From UHGV virus genome UHGV-1352914: a stretch of 64,000 nt of DNA, one strand, 5' to 3'. Of this stretch, positions 10,171 to 19,725 are shown piece by piece (within the stretch, counting starts at the first letter, position 1; each line of letters begins with the position of its first letter). The DNA comes from a virus. A program made the translations under genes and the position numbers. The notes below the pieces were generated by a model, which worked only from the letters and a program-made list of their open reading frames with translations, had not been told where the DNA came from and made no database searches.

Positions 10171-10929
10171 ATGGCTCAACCCGAATCAATCCAAGAGATA
10201 TTCCGTCGTTGGACCCCGATAGCTCTCATGAATCTGCCGGAGGAAGTGAAGACCCCCGACACGTTCCCGGACTATATGGGGACGGACGATGACCCGCTAC
10301 CTATTGGCTATAGTCGGGGGATTCTGACAGTCATTGGGTACTCTCATGATGTCCGATACCCCTATGTCGCACAATGCGCCTGTGGAAATGTGGTCACGAT
10401 GAACTACAACCATTTAACGTGCAAGCAATACCATTGCGGATGCCTGACCCAAATCATGCGTTCGGCTTATCTCATTCGCTTGCGCGTCGAGGCTATGCGC
10501 TCATGGTGGCAACAGGTTCCTATGTGGCTCGACGACCTTGACAAGCTTCGTGAACATGCGAAGAAGTATAGGAAGAGACTCAAGAAAACGAGTAAGTACG
10601 ACGCCAAACTCACACATGTCGAATACGCGGATGACCCGCTGACGTTTGACCGGGAGGTAGAGGCTTCGGTCCTTCCCGATAATCCGGACGTTTTCCTCTC
10701 CCTCGTGGCACCGTCAGAAGAATATAGCCAATTCCTGCGCGACATTGCCGAGAAGCTGACCAATGTGCATAAACCGTGGTCCGCAATTCCTATGGCAAAT
10801 GCGAGCGCGTATGCCAGTTACAAAAACGAACTGCCCGAATTTGACGCGGCTACCTTCATTAACTTCGTCAACTACCTTGCGGACGCGCAGGAGGACAAAA
10901 ACCTGAAACCTACGGACTATGGCAATTAG
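10171..10929 (+). CDS. hypothetical Cys/His-rich protein (possible Zn-binding / HNH-like)
   Basis: 252 aa; CACGNVVTMNYNHLTCKQYHCGC cluster; sits between terminase and portal where HNH proteins are common. Confidence 0.4.
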   Translation: MAQPESIQEIFRRWTPIALMNLPEEVKTPDTFPDYMGTDDDPLPIGYSRGILTVIGYSHDVRYPYVAQCACGNVVTMNYNHLTCKQYHCGCLTQIMRSAYLIRLRVEAMRSWWQQVPMWLDDLDKLREHAKKYRKRLKKTSKYDAKLTHVEYADDPLTFDREVEASVLPDNPDVFLSLVAPSEEYSQFLRDIAEKLTNVHKPWSAIPMANASAYASYKNELPEFDAATFINFVNYLADAQEDKNLKPTDYGN

Positions 10930-11413
10930 CGAAAATGCTACCATCTTCCACGAGGCCGCACGGGATAAGGAGGTGTGGGGAAAAGCGTGGAGATACCGTG
11001 CCTACTACCTTGCATGGGTAAATGGAAGTTCCGCAAGGCTCGCGCCCACAAGGAATGAGGTCATGCACCCCTACCCAGACAGAGCGAATCCAACCCATGT
11101 GATGACGTTCAAAGATGTCGACCCCGTACATGGGGTGCGTCCTAAATACTTTCGGACAAAGATATTCTCGAATAGTTCGGAAGCCCCATGCACCGAGCCT
11201 TACAGATTAAATCTGGGCAGTCCTCGAAAGTACCCCTTCTTCTCCTACTTGATGTATGAGCCTCTCGTTGAATCCCAATTTTACTTCCGCTGGTATCTCT
11301 TCCAGCAGTTGGTAACTGAAGGGTCATTCAATATCCTGCCGCCTCAAGCGGACACAACCTTGGGCATAAGGGCTGAACGCCGTGCCCTCAAAGCAACCAA
11401 AACAAACAAATAA
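10919..11413 (+). CDS. hypothetical protein
   Basis: 164-aa ORF overlapping previous stop; coding periodicity, same strand. Confidence 0.4.
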   Translation: MAISENATIFHEAARDKEVWGKAWRYRAYYLAWVNGSSARLAPTRNEVMHPYPDRANPTHVMTFKDVDPVHGVRPKYFRTKIFSNSSEAPCTEPYRLNLGSPRKYPFFSYLMYEPLVESQFYFRWYLFQQLVTEGSFNILPPQADTTLGIRAERRALKATKTNK

Positions 11414-11418
11414 ATAAC

Positions 11419-12504
11419 ATGGCCACCATTGCTATTCCTTGTGAACCTCGCGTCCTTATCAACGGCGCGAACATTGCACAGAACCTCCTTGACAGCGTTG
11501 CGGCTTCCAGCCGTGACGACCATGATGTTTGGCTCCTTCTCCCTTACCGGGCCAAGGCCGCCGCGGAACCCATGATTAAAATCTTGAAGAATCAGTTCAG
11601 GGACCTTCGCACGATAGAACTACTTACCCCTGTCGCGGATAATTACGCACTCGTTACCCATCTTTTTGCTCGTCTGCAACAGGCTCTGGCTTGTGAGAAC
11701 GCTCCGGATGAACGAGCTATCATTTGGGTTTCCGAACGTGGTAATGAAAAGTTTAAGCCCGGCGCGATTGATACGATGGATGCAACGTTCTATCGTAAGA
11801 AAGCTCCGGTCATTGCAGGCAAGTATTTTACCATCCCTGCCACCGAGACCTCTTATGAATCTCATACCGTGGATGGAACTTTCGTCATGTCCAGTCAGCT
11901 GGCGAAACTCTATCCCCAGCGAGTTCCCTACGTCACCATCTCCCAGCATTTCCGTCTCTTCCTCGATAAGGTGCTGACCGAGAAGTGTTTCAACGTGGAG
12001 AACTGGGACGACCTCATTACTGTTGGTGAAATCCCCGACGCGGACAACTTTAAGCTTCCCCAAGTTCTCGGCGAGGCGGCGGTAACTACTCCTGCGGAAG
12101 TTTCTATCGCCAGCTTCCAAGCTAAGCCCGTTGACATGATGGGATGCTCTGAACAAGTCGGTGGAGCTACGAAGGCTCGTGAAGACTTGAAGGATGCCGA
12201 GGACTTGAAACCGAGCGTGAAAGTTGTTACACCTTCTCCTATGGCTACCGACCCCGAAGAATCCGTGAAGATGGGCTTGACACCGAGCGTGACCGAGGAT
12301 GAAATTGAGGGTGAGGACCGGGCACCGGGTGCGGAAGTTGTTTCACCTCTTTTCGCGAATTCCGAAACCGAGGAAACTCCGAAGCCTGACATGGATGTTA
12401 AGGACTTGACACCAAGCGCGAAAGTTGTTACACCTTCTCCAGTGAAGCCCAAGACCAAGAGAGCCATGAAGGCTGACGCGGTCAAGGATGAAATTGACAA
12501 ATAA
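11419..12504 (+). CDS. hypothetical protein with C-terminal acidic tandem repeats
   Basis: 361 aa; two ~45-bp repeat copies (DLKPSVKVVTPSP / DLTPSAKVVTPSP) at 12209-12253 and 12403-12447. Confidence 0.5.
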   Translation: MATIAIPCEPRVLINGANIAQNLLDSVAASSRDDHDVWLLLPYRAKAAAEPMIKILKNQFRDLRTIELLTPVADNYALVTHLFARLQQALACENAPDERAIIWVSERGNEKFKPGAIDTMDATFYRKKAPVIAGKYFTIPATETSYESHTVDGTFVMSSQLAKLYPQRVPYVTISQHFRLFLDKVLTEKCFNVENWDDLITVGEIPDADNFKLPQVLGEAAVTTPAEVSIASFQAKPVDMMGCSEQVGGATKAREDLKDAEDLKPSVKVVTPSPMATDPEESVKMGLTPSVTEDEIEGEDRAPGAEVVSPLFANSETEETPKPDMDVKDLTPSAKVVTPSPVKPKTKRAMKADAVKDEIDK

Positions 12505-12509
12505 GCCCT

Positions 12510-14780
12510 ATGCCGAAACCAGACGCAAATGCTCCTGTAGGTCCGGGGGTTATTGGCGTGGTTGACGAGAACGGAACTCTTCTCAAGCGAAGGGTTCCGA
12601 CCGCCGACCAAGCCCGCGCTTTGCTCTACTTCTGCCTCACCGCTGACCAGCTATCCATGCAAGCGAGGACCGAGGCACAGGCAGAGCTGGACGGACAACG
12701 CCCGTATGACCCGATGGCCCTTTCCGCAGTTGGTCAGAATTATCGAACCAACTACAATTTCCGCACAATGCGGATTGTTCGTGAAAAAGTAGCGGCGAGC
12801 CTCCGCGAAGTGTGGGACAACCCTGAACTTGTTTCGGTGCAAACCACCTTTGGCGATAATGCTCGTCGCCCCATCTATTCTGACATTCTTTCCTCCGAAG
12901 TAACGAAGATGGTTAAGTCCATGCCGGGATTCACTTCCATCATGACAGACCTTCTTCACAACTTCTCTTTCCACGGATTTGGTCTTGCCTACTTCGAGGA
13001 CCCCGACACTTGGTACTTTAAGGCAGGTAGCCTGAACGAGTTCGCGTTCGAGCGCAAGGTCAAACCGGACAGCAGTACTCTTGAAGTAGTATTCGCTACC
13101 CGTACCCTTCGTGCCCATGAACTCTATGACTTCATTCGAGACCCGCAGACTGCTAGGGAAGCTGGCTGGGATGTGGAAGAGGTCATGAAAGTATTGAAGA
13201 CCTGTAGCTACAATCAGACGGTACAGCCCCAGCGTATCTCTTGGGAGACCGAGAAGATGCTTAAAAACGGGGACTACACTTTGACCGACGTAATCGGTAC
13301 TAGCATTCCGATTGCCCACATGTGGATTCGAGAATTCAACGGCACTGTTACTCATTCCATTTTCTTCGTCAACGGAAGTGGCGGCAATGGTCAGGATGTT
13401 AAGCGGGAACAAAACCGTGATGTAGACGACACCAAGTTCCTCTACACGAAGGAAGGAGCCTACAACTCTATGGAAGAAGCGTTTGTCCTCTTCCCTCTGG
13501 GTAGTAGCACCAATGGAGACATTCATGCCCTTCGTGGATATGGGAATGACCTTCTGCCTCACACCCGTGTTATTGACAAGTTGATGAACCAAGCGACGGA
13601 CGCGGCGTTCCTCGGCATGGCGTTAAACGTCTCTGCCACCAATGAAACCTCCCGTCTCTCCGCAATGGTGAACCCGATGGGTGCCTATACCATTTTGGAC
13701 CCGTCAACGCAAGTGGTTCCTAATCCGGTGCCGAACCTGCAACAGGTCGCTGGAACTCCCCTTGCATTCCTCCAAAACCAAATCCGGGAACGTTTGGGTG
13801 AGATTGACGTGAATGCTGATGGCGGCATGGGCCGTACCCAGCTGGAAGCTGAAATCCGTATGGGCAATGCGAGCAAGGTCAGCAATAACATCATGGACAT
13901 GCTCTTGGAGCACATGACCATCCTTCTCCGTGAAATCGTTCGCCGTGTCATCCGCAAGGACTACGATGAAGGGATTGCCGGGTTTAAGGAACGCGAACGC
14001 ATGCTCCAACGTTTGGACGAAGCCGGAGTACCAAGGGAAGCCTTCTTCGCTATCGACCTTGACAGCGTTACCGCTCTTCCTCCCATTGGGGCAGGTAGTA
14101 AGGTTCGCCGCACAATGGCTCTCCGTCAGTGTCTCAACTACATGCAGTTCATGCCCCGCGCTGGGCAGGAACGTCTTATCCGTATGGCCATTGCCAACGA
14201 AACGAATGGACGCACCGCGCAGTTGTTCATGCCGTTGAAGGATGACCCCAACCCGTCCGAAACCGTGGCCGCTTCTATCGCATCCATCCAGAACAACCAG
14301 CTCATGGCAGGACAGGAAGTTCCGGTTATGCCGAACGAGGACCACAGGACGCACGCGGAAGTGCATGCCAACTTCATCATGTCCATGCTTCCTGACACCC
14401 AGCTGGAACCCGAAGAGATGGCCCAGCTTGCCCAGCCGCTACAGCTTCTGGTCGCCCAGTTGGCCGGACACATGGATTATTTGCAGGCCGCCAAGGAAAA
14501 CGTACCTGAATTTGAACAGTACGAGAAACTGGTTAAGAGGTGCAACGAGGTGATTACCAACGGTATGCGAGCCTTGGAAGCCATGCAACAGAAGGAAGAA
14601 GAGGCTCCCCAAGAAGGACCTACGCCGGAACAAATGAAAGCAGAAGCCGAAATTGAATTGAAGCGTATGAAGACGGAAGCTGAAATCCAACTGGCTAAGG
14701 AAAAACAAGATGCCGAGATTACTCGCAACGCCGTAGAAGCTAACGCCAAAGCGGTGCAATCGCTAGGAGGTGGACGATGA
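12510..14780 (+). CDS. portal protein (by size and position)
   Basis: 756 aa; between terminase and scaffold/capsid genes; acidic/coiled-coil C-terminus. Confidence 0.55.
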   Translation: MPKPDANAPVGPGVIGVVDENGTLLKRRVPTADQARALLYFCLTADQLSMQARTEAQAELDGQRPYDPMALSAVGQNYRTNYNFRTMRIVREKVAASLREVWDNPELVSVQTTFGDNARRPIYSDILSSEVTKMVKSMPGFTSIMTDLLHNFSFHGFGLAYFEDPDTWYFKAGSLNEFAFERKVKPDSSTLEVVFATRTLRAHELYDFIRDPQTAREAGWDVEEVMKVLKTCSYNQTVQPQRISWETEKMLKNGDYTLTDVIGTSIPIAHMWIREFNGTVTHSIFFVNGSGGNGQDVKREQNRDVDDTKFLYTKEGAYNSMEEAFVLFPLGSSTNGDIHALRGYGNDLLPHTRVIDKLMNQATDAAFLGMALNVSATNETSRLSAMVNPMGAYTILDPSTQVVPNPVPNLQQVAGTPLAFLQNQIRERLGEIDVNADGGMGRTQLEAEIRMGNASKVSNNIMDMLLEHMTILLREIVRRVIRKDYDEGIAGFKERERMLQRLDEAGVPREAFFAIDLDSVTALPPIGAGSKVRRTMALRQCLNYMQFMPRAGQERLIRMAIANETNGRTAQLFMPLKDDPNPSETVAASIASIQNNQLMAGQEVPVMPNEDHRTHAEVHANFIMSMLPDTQLEPEEMAQLAQPLQLLVAQLAGHMDYLQAAKENVPEFEQYEKLVKRCNEVITNGMRALEAMQQKEEEAPQEGPTPEQMKAEAEIELKRMKTEAEIQLAKEKQDAEITRNAVEANAKAVQSLGGGR

Positions 14781-15094
14781 AACCCGTTCCAACGTACACC
14801 GTCGAAGGGTTCAAATCTAACAAGGCGGCGACTGGCCGCCTTGCTGAACTCCTTCATGACCCGGTAATGGAAGAAGCTCTCTGCATTGTTCAGTCAAAAC
14901 TTAATGCGACGTTACAGCCTACACTGGAAGCCGCCGCATTGAATGGAGCTTTCGCGGCTGGAGCCAAATCCGTCATTGCCGCTCTCTTCAATCTGGCCGA
15001 AGAAAATGAAGAAACCGAATCCCCGGTAACTATGATGAATCACCCCATGACCGAGCGTAATGCTTGGATTAACTCACTTTCACCCAACAAGTAA
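14777..15094 (+). CDS. hypothetical small protein
   Basis: 105 aa; start overlaps portal stop (ATGA). Confidence 0.4.
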   Translation: MKPVPTYTVEGFKSNKAATGRLAELLHDPVMEEALCIVQSKLNATLQPTLEAAALNGAFAAGAKSVIAALFNLAEENEETESPVTMMNHPMTERNAWINSLSPNK

Positions 15095-15106
15095 TACATA
15101 ATTCTA

Positions 15107-16336
15107 ATGGACAATGTAACTATTCCCGCAGTAGCGGAGGGCATCGTTAGCGGTGCTATTCACAACGACGTGCACAACATTTTCGAACAGACCCTGTTTG
15201 CCCCGGACCCCGCGGATTCCGCTAATCCCACGCAACCCAATGCTCCCATCGAATCCCCGGATGGTACGGTAGTCATGCCCAGTGCTGGTCCCCGCATCGC
15301 TGACGATGAAGTAGTCAATACCACGGGAACCGTCGTTGACGATACCCAGAACAATGATGACGATGATACCCAGGTATCCGGGGATGACGAAACCCAGAAC
15401 GACGACGAAAACCAGAACGACGACGAAAACCAGAACGACGAGGAAGAACAGAAGAAGGAGAAGAAAAAACAGGACGAGGGTCCTGCGGAACAGAAGGCGA
15501 GCAAAGCCGCGAGCAAGGCATTCGCCGAGATGCGTGTCCAGTTGAGGGGCGCGAAGAAAGAAATCGAGGAACTGAAAGCCCAGCTGAAAGAAGCGGGCAA
15601 CTCTTCCCCTGACCATGAAGAGCTTGAATCCCTGCGGGAAATTGTACGCGGCTACGCCTTCACCGCTACCGACGAGTACAAAGCCCATGTAACTGACCCG
15701 TACAATAAGGCTAACGCCAAACTCGCGGAGATTGCCCGTGCCGCCGGGGCCTCTCTCGATATGGACAAGCTGAACGAAGTTGCCCTTAACCCCAGCCTCG
15801 ACGAGTACGACCGGGAAGAAGCCTACGAAGCAATCGGGAAGGAGTTGGGCATCAGTGATTCTGCCGTGTTCAAGTTTGTCCGCATGGCCAAGGTTCGTGA
15901 CGCGGCCATCGTTGCCCACGGAAATTATCAGGCAGAAGCCGACAAGTATGTAGAAGAGTTGAAGGCCAGTCGCGGTGCCAAGTCGGATTCCGGGACCTAC
16001 ACCGTCAACCTCGACAACTACACCTTGGAAGCGATGAAGGAACGTGCCAAGGAACTGGGCATGACGACGGAAATCACCGAAGAGAATGTGAAGCACGCCC
16101 GCCATCTCGCTCATAAAATAAATAATGGTTCCTTCATGGACGGCGCACTTGCGGAACTCATGGTTAAAGAACTGGCAGACGCGCGCGCGACTATCGAGGC
16201 TCTCAACGTGAAGGTGGCCAAACTTCGCAAGGCTCGCCCCTCCGCTAATGGTGGTAGCCCCGAAGCTCCAGAGACCCAGACGCCCGCCGGACCCACTTCT
16301 GTGGGTGATATTATTGGCAGTGCTTTTGAATTATAA
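15107..16336 (+). CDS. scaffolding protein (putative)
   Basis: 409 aa; strongly acidic repeat block (DDETQNDDENQNDDENQNDEEEQKKEKKK), long predicted coiled coils, immediately upstream of capsid gene. Confidence 0.5.
   Translation: MDNVTIPAVAEGIVSGAIHNDVHNIFEQTLFAPDPADSANPTQPNAPIESPDGTVVMPSAGPRIADDEVVNTTGTVVDDTQNNDDDDTQVSGDDETQNDDENQNDDENQNDEEEQKKEKKKQDEGPAEQKASKAASKAFAEMRVQLRGAKKEIEELKAQLKEAGNSSPDHEELESLREIVRGYAFTATDEYKAHVTDPYNKANAKLAEIARAAGASLDMDKLNEVALNPSLDEYDREEAYEAIGKELGISDSAVFKFVRMAKVRDAAIVAHGNYQAEADKYVEELKASRGAKSDSGTYTVNLDNYTLEAMKERAKELGMTTEITEENVKHARHLAHKINNGSFMDGALAELMVKELADARATIEALNVKVAKLRKARPSANGGSPEAPETQTPAGPTSVGDIIGSAFEL
15385..15452 (+). repeat. 18-bp coding tandem repeat GACGACGAAAACCAGAAC x~3 in scaffold gene
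   Basis: encodes DDENQN units. Confidence 0.7.
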
Positions 16337-16346
16337 TAAATAATTC

Positions 16347-16380
16347 TTGACATACACGTAATTATATGACAATAATGAGG
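16347..16380 (+). promoter_or_regulatory. putative promoter upstream of capsid gene (TTGACA)
   Basis: TTGACA 16347-16352; -10 ambiguous (TATATG/CAATAA); ~170-190-nt leader. Confidence 0.3.
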
Positions 16381-16548
16381 CATCCGAAGCGGTGCTCCAT
16401 TATTGCTTTCCCGCGAGCAAACCAAAACAAACCTTTATGCAGGCGTGAAAATTCTTGGTCCTGACCCTGCCATGACCGCGTAAGACCCCAAAACAAATTC
16501 GTCCAAAGAGTACTAGGCGTTGCAAATTAAACCAAATTTAATTTACAA

Positions 16549-17805
16549 ATGGCTACTACTCCTAACGAAATTCAGGCCCAAGAATTGAAGCTGGTCACGA
16601 TGACCAACCTTCTTAACGCCAACATGTACAGCACCTTTGCTCGTACTTCTCCGTGGAACTCCCAGATGATTATGACTGGTGAATGGACCGACGGCGTTGG
16701 TGATTCCGGGCGTATCGCAACCTTCGGTGCTACGGACCCCCGTCCCGAATGGATGAACATTAACCTTGATTCCACCTCTGACCAGATTCCGATTACGGTC
16801 AATGATACTGGTGCGACGGAATACTCCTACAGCCGCTTCATCACGAGGCTTGCCTCCCAGAAGCTGGACGTACTCCGCATGCGTCAGTCTTGGCAGGCTA
16901 AGCAACAGGCCGAGAATGTGGTGAAGCAGTTGGTCCGTGCCGTCGGTAATACTTGGTCCCGCTTCTATCGTCAGAGCTACATCAACATTGCCAGCTACAA
17001 ACTTATCCCCACGAAGGCGGGTGTTGTCGGTCTTGATGTCGTGAACAACGATATTAACTCCATGCCGGAAGTTAAGCCCGAAGCCGCGCTGAACGACGAC
17101 CTGATGAACCAAGCTTGGCAGTTGCTCATTAACGAGGGTGCTGGCGAATCTGCCGCTCTGATGGACCAAGGTTCTCCTGTCTTCTTGGCTTACACCTCGA
17201 AGGACACCGTGGACTTCATCCTGCGTCACAACGAAGTTATCCGCAAGGACTGGAACTTCGCGGAGGCCGCGGAAGGTAAGGATGCTACCCTCCTGCGTCA
17301 GCTGGGCGTGAAGTGGACTTACAAGGGCTTTACCTACATCGTGGACAACATGAACCCCCGCTACACCTTCGACGACAGCAAGCCGACTGGCCAGAAGTGG
17401 GTGGAAGTTCCCCAGTACATCAAGGTGGAAACGACTGTTGGTTCCCGCTATGTGCCGAACCCCGCGTACATGAATGCCCCGTATGAAGATACGATTATCT
17501 TTGTGAAGGACGTGTACAAGTCCCTCGTTCCCCGTCCGGTGTCTGCCTATGGTCAGGCCAAGTGGGACCCCGTGACCTACGCTGGTGAGCTGACTTGGGT
17601 GAACAACAAGGATAACGGTGGTAACTATATGGGCCAGCAGGGTCTGTTCATCGCGACGCTTTCTGCCGCTCCGATGCCTGTCTTCCCGCGTCACGGTGTG
17701 GTCATCCGTCACATCCGCACGACCGCTGGCCGTGAACTCGTCGGTGCTGACGGCAAGCCCGTTGGCTCTCTGGTAAGCACCCCCGCAGTAGTGTCTGGCC
17801 TCTAA
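16549..17805 (+). CDS. major capsid protein (putative)
   Basis: 418 aa; own promoter plus ~190-nt leader, strong rho-independent terminator immediately downstream, downstream of scaffold. Confidence 0.55.
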   Translation: MATTPNEIQAQELKLVTMTNLLNANMYSTFARTSPWNSQMIMTGEWTDGVGDSGRIATFGATDPRPEWMNINLDSTSDQIPITVNDTGATEYSYSRFITRLASQKLDVLRMRQSWQAKQQAENVVKQLVRAVGNTWSRFYRQSYINIASYKLIPTKAGVVGLDVVNNDINSMPEVKPEAALNDDLMNQAWQLLINEGAGESAALMDQGSPVFLAYTSKDTVDFILRHNEVIRKDWNFAEAAEGKDATLLRQLGVKWTYKGFTYIVDNMNPRYTFDDSKPTGQKWVEVPQYIKVETTVGSRYVPNPAYMNAPYEDTIIFVKDVYKSLVPRPVSAYGQAKWDPVTYAGELTWVNNKDNGGNYMGQQGLFIATLSAAPMPVFPRHGVVIRHIRTTAGRELVGADGKPVGSLVSTPAVVSGL

Positions 17806-17829
17806 GCCTAAACCTCTAACTCTTAAACC

Positions 17830-17866
17830 GAGGCGGGCGGGATGAACCCGCTCGCCTCAATTTTTA
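17830..17866 (+). terminator. rho-independent terminator after capsid gene
   Basis: GAGGCGGGCGGG-ATGAA-CCCGCTCGCCTC then AATTTTTACC. Confidence 0.65.
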
Positions 17867-17870
17867 CCTG

Positions 17871-18144
17871 CATGAAGATTACGTATGACCCTGAAAAATT
17901 TGGAGACCTTAAACCGGGGGATGATGTTCAGCTCATGGGAGTTGGCGTTGTTTCAGATGACGGCAAGTCTATTGAGATTGTTTCTATCGAGGACCAAGAA
18001 ATAGGTGACGATGATAGCGACGACGAGGACGAGACCGAAGGAGAAACTGAATCCCCTAAACAGGAAACCGAAACCGAAGAAGCCGAAGAACTGGCAGAAG
18101 GAGCCGACATTGGTGCCATTATCGCCTCTGGCTTTGGAGCATAA
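17871..18144 (+). CDS. small acidic protein
   Basis: ORF-track start 17842 lies inside terminator hairpin; ATG 17871 (MKITYDPEKF) more plausible; Asp/Glu-rich C-terminus. Confidence 0.35.
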
Positions 18145-18158
18145 CCTTTTTAACTAGT

Positions 18159-18674
18159 ATGGAAATCGACGTTCCCACTACAGAACCAGTTGTCCTCGAA
18201 TCAGGAGTTGAGAATACGCTCATTCCCAGCGAGGAAGGAGACTTTCTTATTACTATCACCAGTGATAGGGGAGTTCCTGTCGTCAAACTGACGGAGGACG
18301 AGAAGACCCTTGCCGAAGGTTCTTCCCTCGTAAACCGGGAGTTCAAAGCACATCTCAAAGCCGCCGGGGATTTAACTGTTACGGAATCTCTTTCGGGGAC
18401 CGTATTAACCCTAGAAGTCTGTGCCGCAACACCTCTGGCGGTGCAGGAAGTACCCGTAGCTATGGGGGTTAAGCACTTGGTGTCTATTCCCACTAACCAA
18501 CCCGAAGTTTTTTACTTCGGCATTGATGTTGAAAATAGTGTTCAAAGTGTATTAGTGAATGATGGAGATATTATTATCCCTGCGGCTGATACTGCGCACG
18601 TCCCCCTGAATAGGGCAATCACTCTAACCCCTGTTATTCAGCAAACTAAAACAGTAGCAACTCTTAACGAATAA
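18159..18674 (+). CDS. hypothetical structural protein
   Basis: 171 aa, beta-rich composition, in structural operon. Confidence 0.4.
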   Translation: MEIDVPTTEPVVLESGVENTLIPSEEGDFLITITSDRGVPVVKLTEDEKTLAEGSSLVNREFKAHLKAAGDLTVTESLSGTVLTLEVCAATPLAVQEVPVAMGVKHLVSIPTNQPEVFYFGIDVENSVQSVLVNDGDIIIPAADTAHVPLNRAITLTPVIQQTKTVATLNE

Positions 18675-18679
18675 TAATT

Positions 18680-19651
18680 ATGGCAGTAGTAAATCTTCCA
18701 GTTCCCGCAGAGAATGCAACCATCGCTCGCGGGCAAATCTATCAGCTTACCGGACTGACCGAGGCTACTCGGTATAAGTTTATTGTCACGTCTACCAAGT
18801 GCCCGCATGTGGTCATCGCGAAAGATGAGGCGTTGGAGCAGTTGGAAGCCGAAGGGTATCTTTCTGGTCGTGCTTTCTACTTCGCGACGGAAGGTGGTCA
18901 GACTAACGCTTACCTCCGCATTGATGCCCTTGAGGGCGCGGAGATTACCTTGACTATGGTGGCTGACCAAATTCCGGCCCCCGAAGAAGCAACTCTTCCC
19001 GCAGACTTATCACCTGACAAGTGGTATAGTATCGGTGATTTAGTCGCAGATACGGGGTATGAATTGAAAGTAAGTGCGGAAGTCCCTGTAACCGTATTTG
19101 TCAAGACAGGAGATACCATTGCAGACGCAATAGAAGAACCTCCGTTTGTAACTGCCGCAGGGACCACTCGTTTCACTTCCACTGGCACGAAAGCGTGGGT
19201 ATACGTAGATGGAGCAGTAAAGGCTAACGTTGACATCGTAGCCGCGCAGGGGATTGAGGGTTTTACCGCTCCCCAGCTTACGACCCTTTCGGACACCGTT
19301 TCCGACGTAGCTCTTGTAGGTCCTACCCCTGCCGGATATTACCGCGTGGACTTCGTGACCGAAGCCGCCGCACCTGAATTCCAATACGATGGCAACATCA
19401 CTATCCAGAACCAGAACGTAGTCCTTACCAACGTAGTTGGGGAAGCAGGGGCGCAAGGTCTTCTTCCTCTCACGGCCGCGCAGGGTATTGTGACTGGTAA
19501 GAACCTTCGAGGAACTCTTATCTTTTCACAGGGGACTGCTCTTGGTAAGGGACAGCGAGCCGCCGTTGCCTCGTTCCAGATTCCTACGGGTGGTGATGCC
19601 GGGACCTTTAAAGGGACTGCGGTGATTACCTTCGTTGGAAATATTGCATAA
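18680..19651 (+). CDS. hypothetical structural protein (possible major tail/tube or head fibre)
   Basis: 323 aa; followed by strong terminator 19671-19721, suggesting high expression. Confidence 0.45.
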   Translation: MAVVNLPVPAENATIARGQIYQLTGLTEATRYKFIVTSTKCPHVVIAKDEALEQLEAEGYLSGRAFYFATEGGQTNAYLRIDALEGAEITLTMVADQIPAPEEATLPADLSPDKWYSIGDLVADTGYELKVSAEVPVTVFVKTGDTIADAIEEPPFVTAAGTTRFTSTGTKAWVYVDGAVKANVDIVAAQGIEGFTAPQLTTLSDTVSDVALVGPTPAGYYRVDFVTEAAAPEFQYDGNITIQNQNVVLTNVVGEAGAQGLLPLTAAQGIVTGKNLRGTLIFSQGTALGKGQRAAVASFQIPTGGDAGTFKGTAVITFVGNIA

Positions 19652-19670
19652 CCAATAATTAAACCTTGAC

Positions 19671-19721
19671 GGGGCTGAACTCATGAGCTAAACTTCTATG
19701 GGTTCAGCCCCAAATTTTTAC
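19671..19721 (+). terminator. rho-independent terminator
   Basis: GGGGCTGAAC...GTTCAGCCCC (10-bp stem) then AAATTTTTACC. Confidence 0.55.
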
Positions 19722-19725
19722 CATT

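Noticed and set aside
12651-13592. 313-aa minus-strand ORF
   Set aside because: Inside and antisense to the portal gene; no independent start signals
15104-16114. 336-aa minus-strand ORF full of VVLVFVVVL/LLLLFF runs
   Set aside because: Antisense shadow of the acidic repeat (GAC/GAA-rich) scaffold gene; low-complexity mirror translation
16543-17712. 389-aa minus-strand ORF
   Set aside because: Antisense to the capsid gene, which has promoter, leader and terminator in plus orientation
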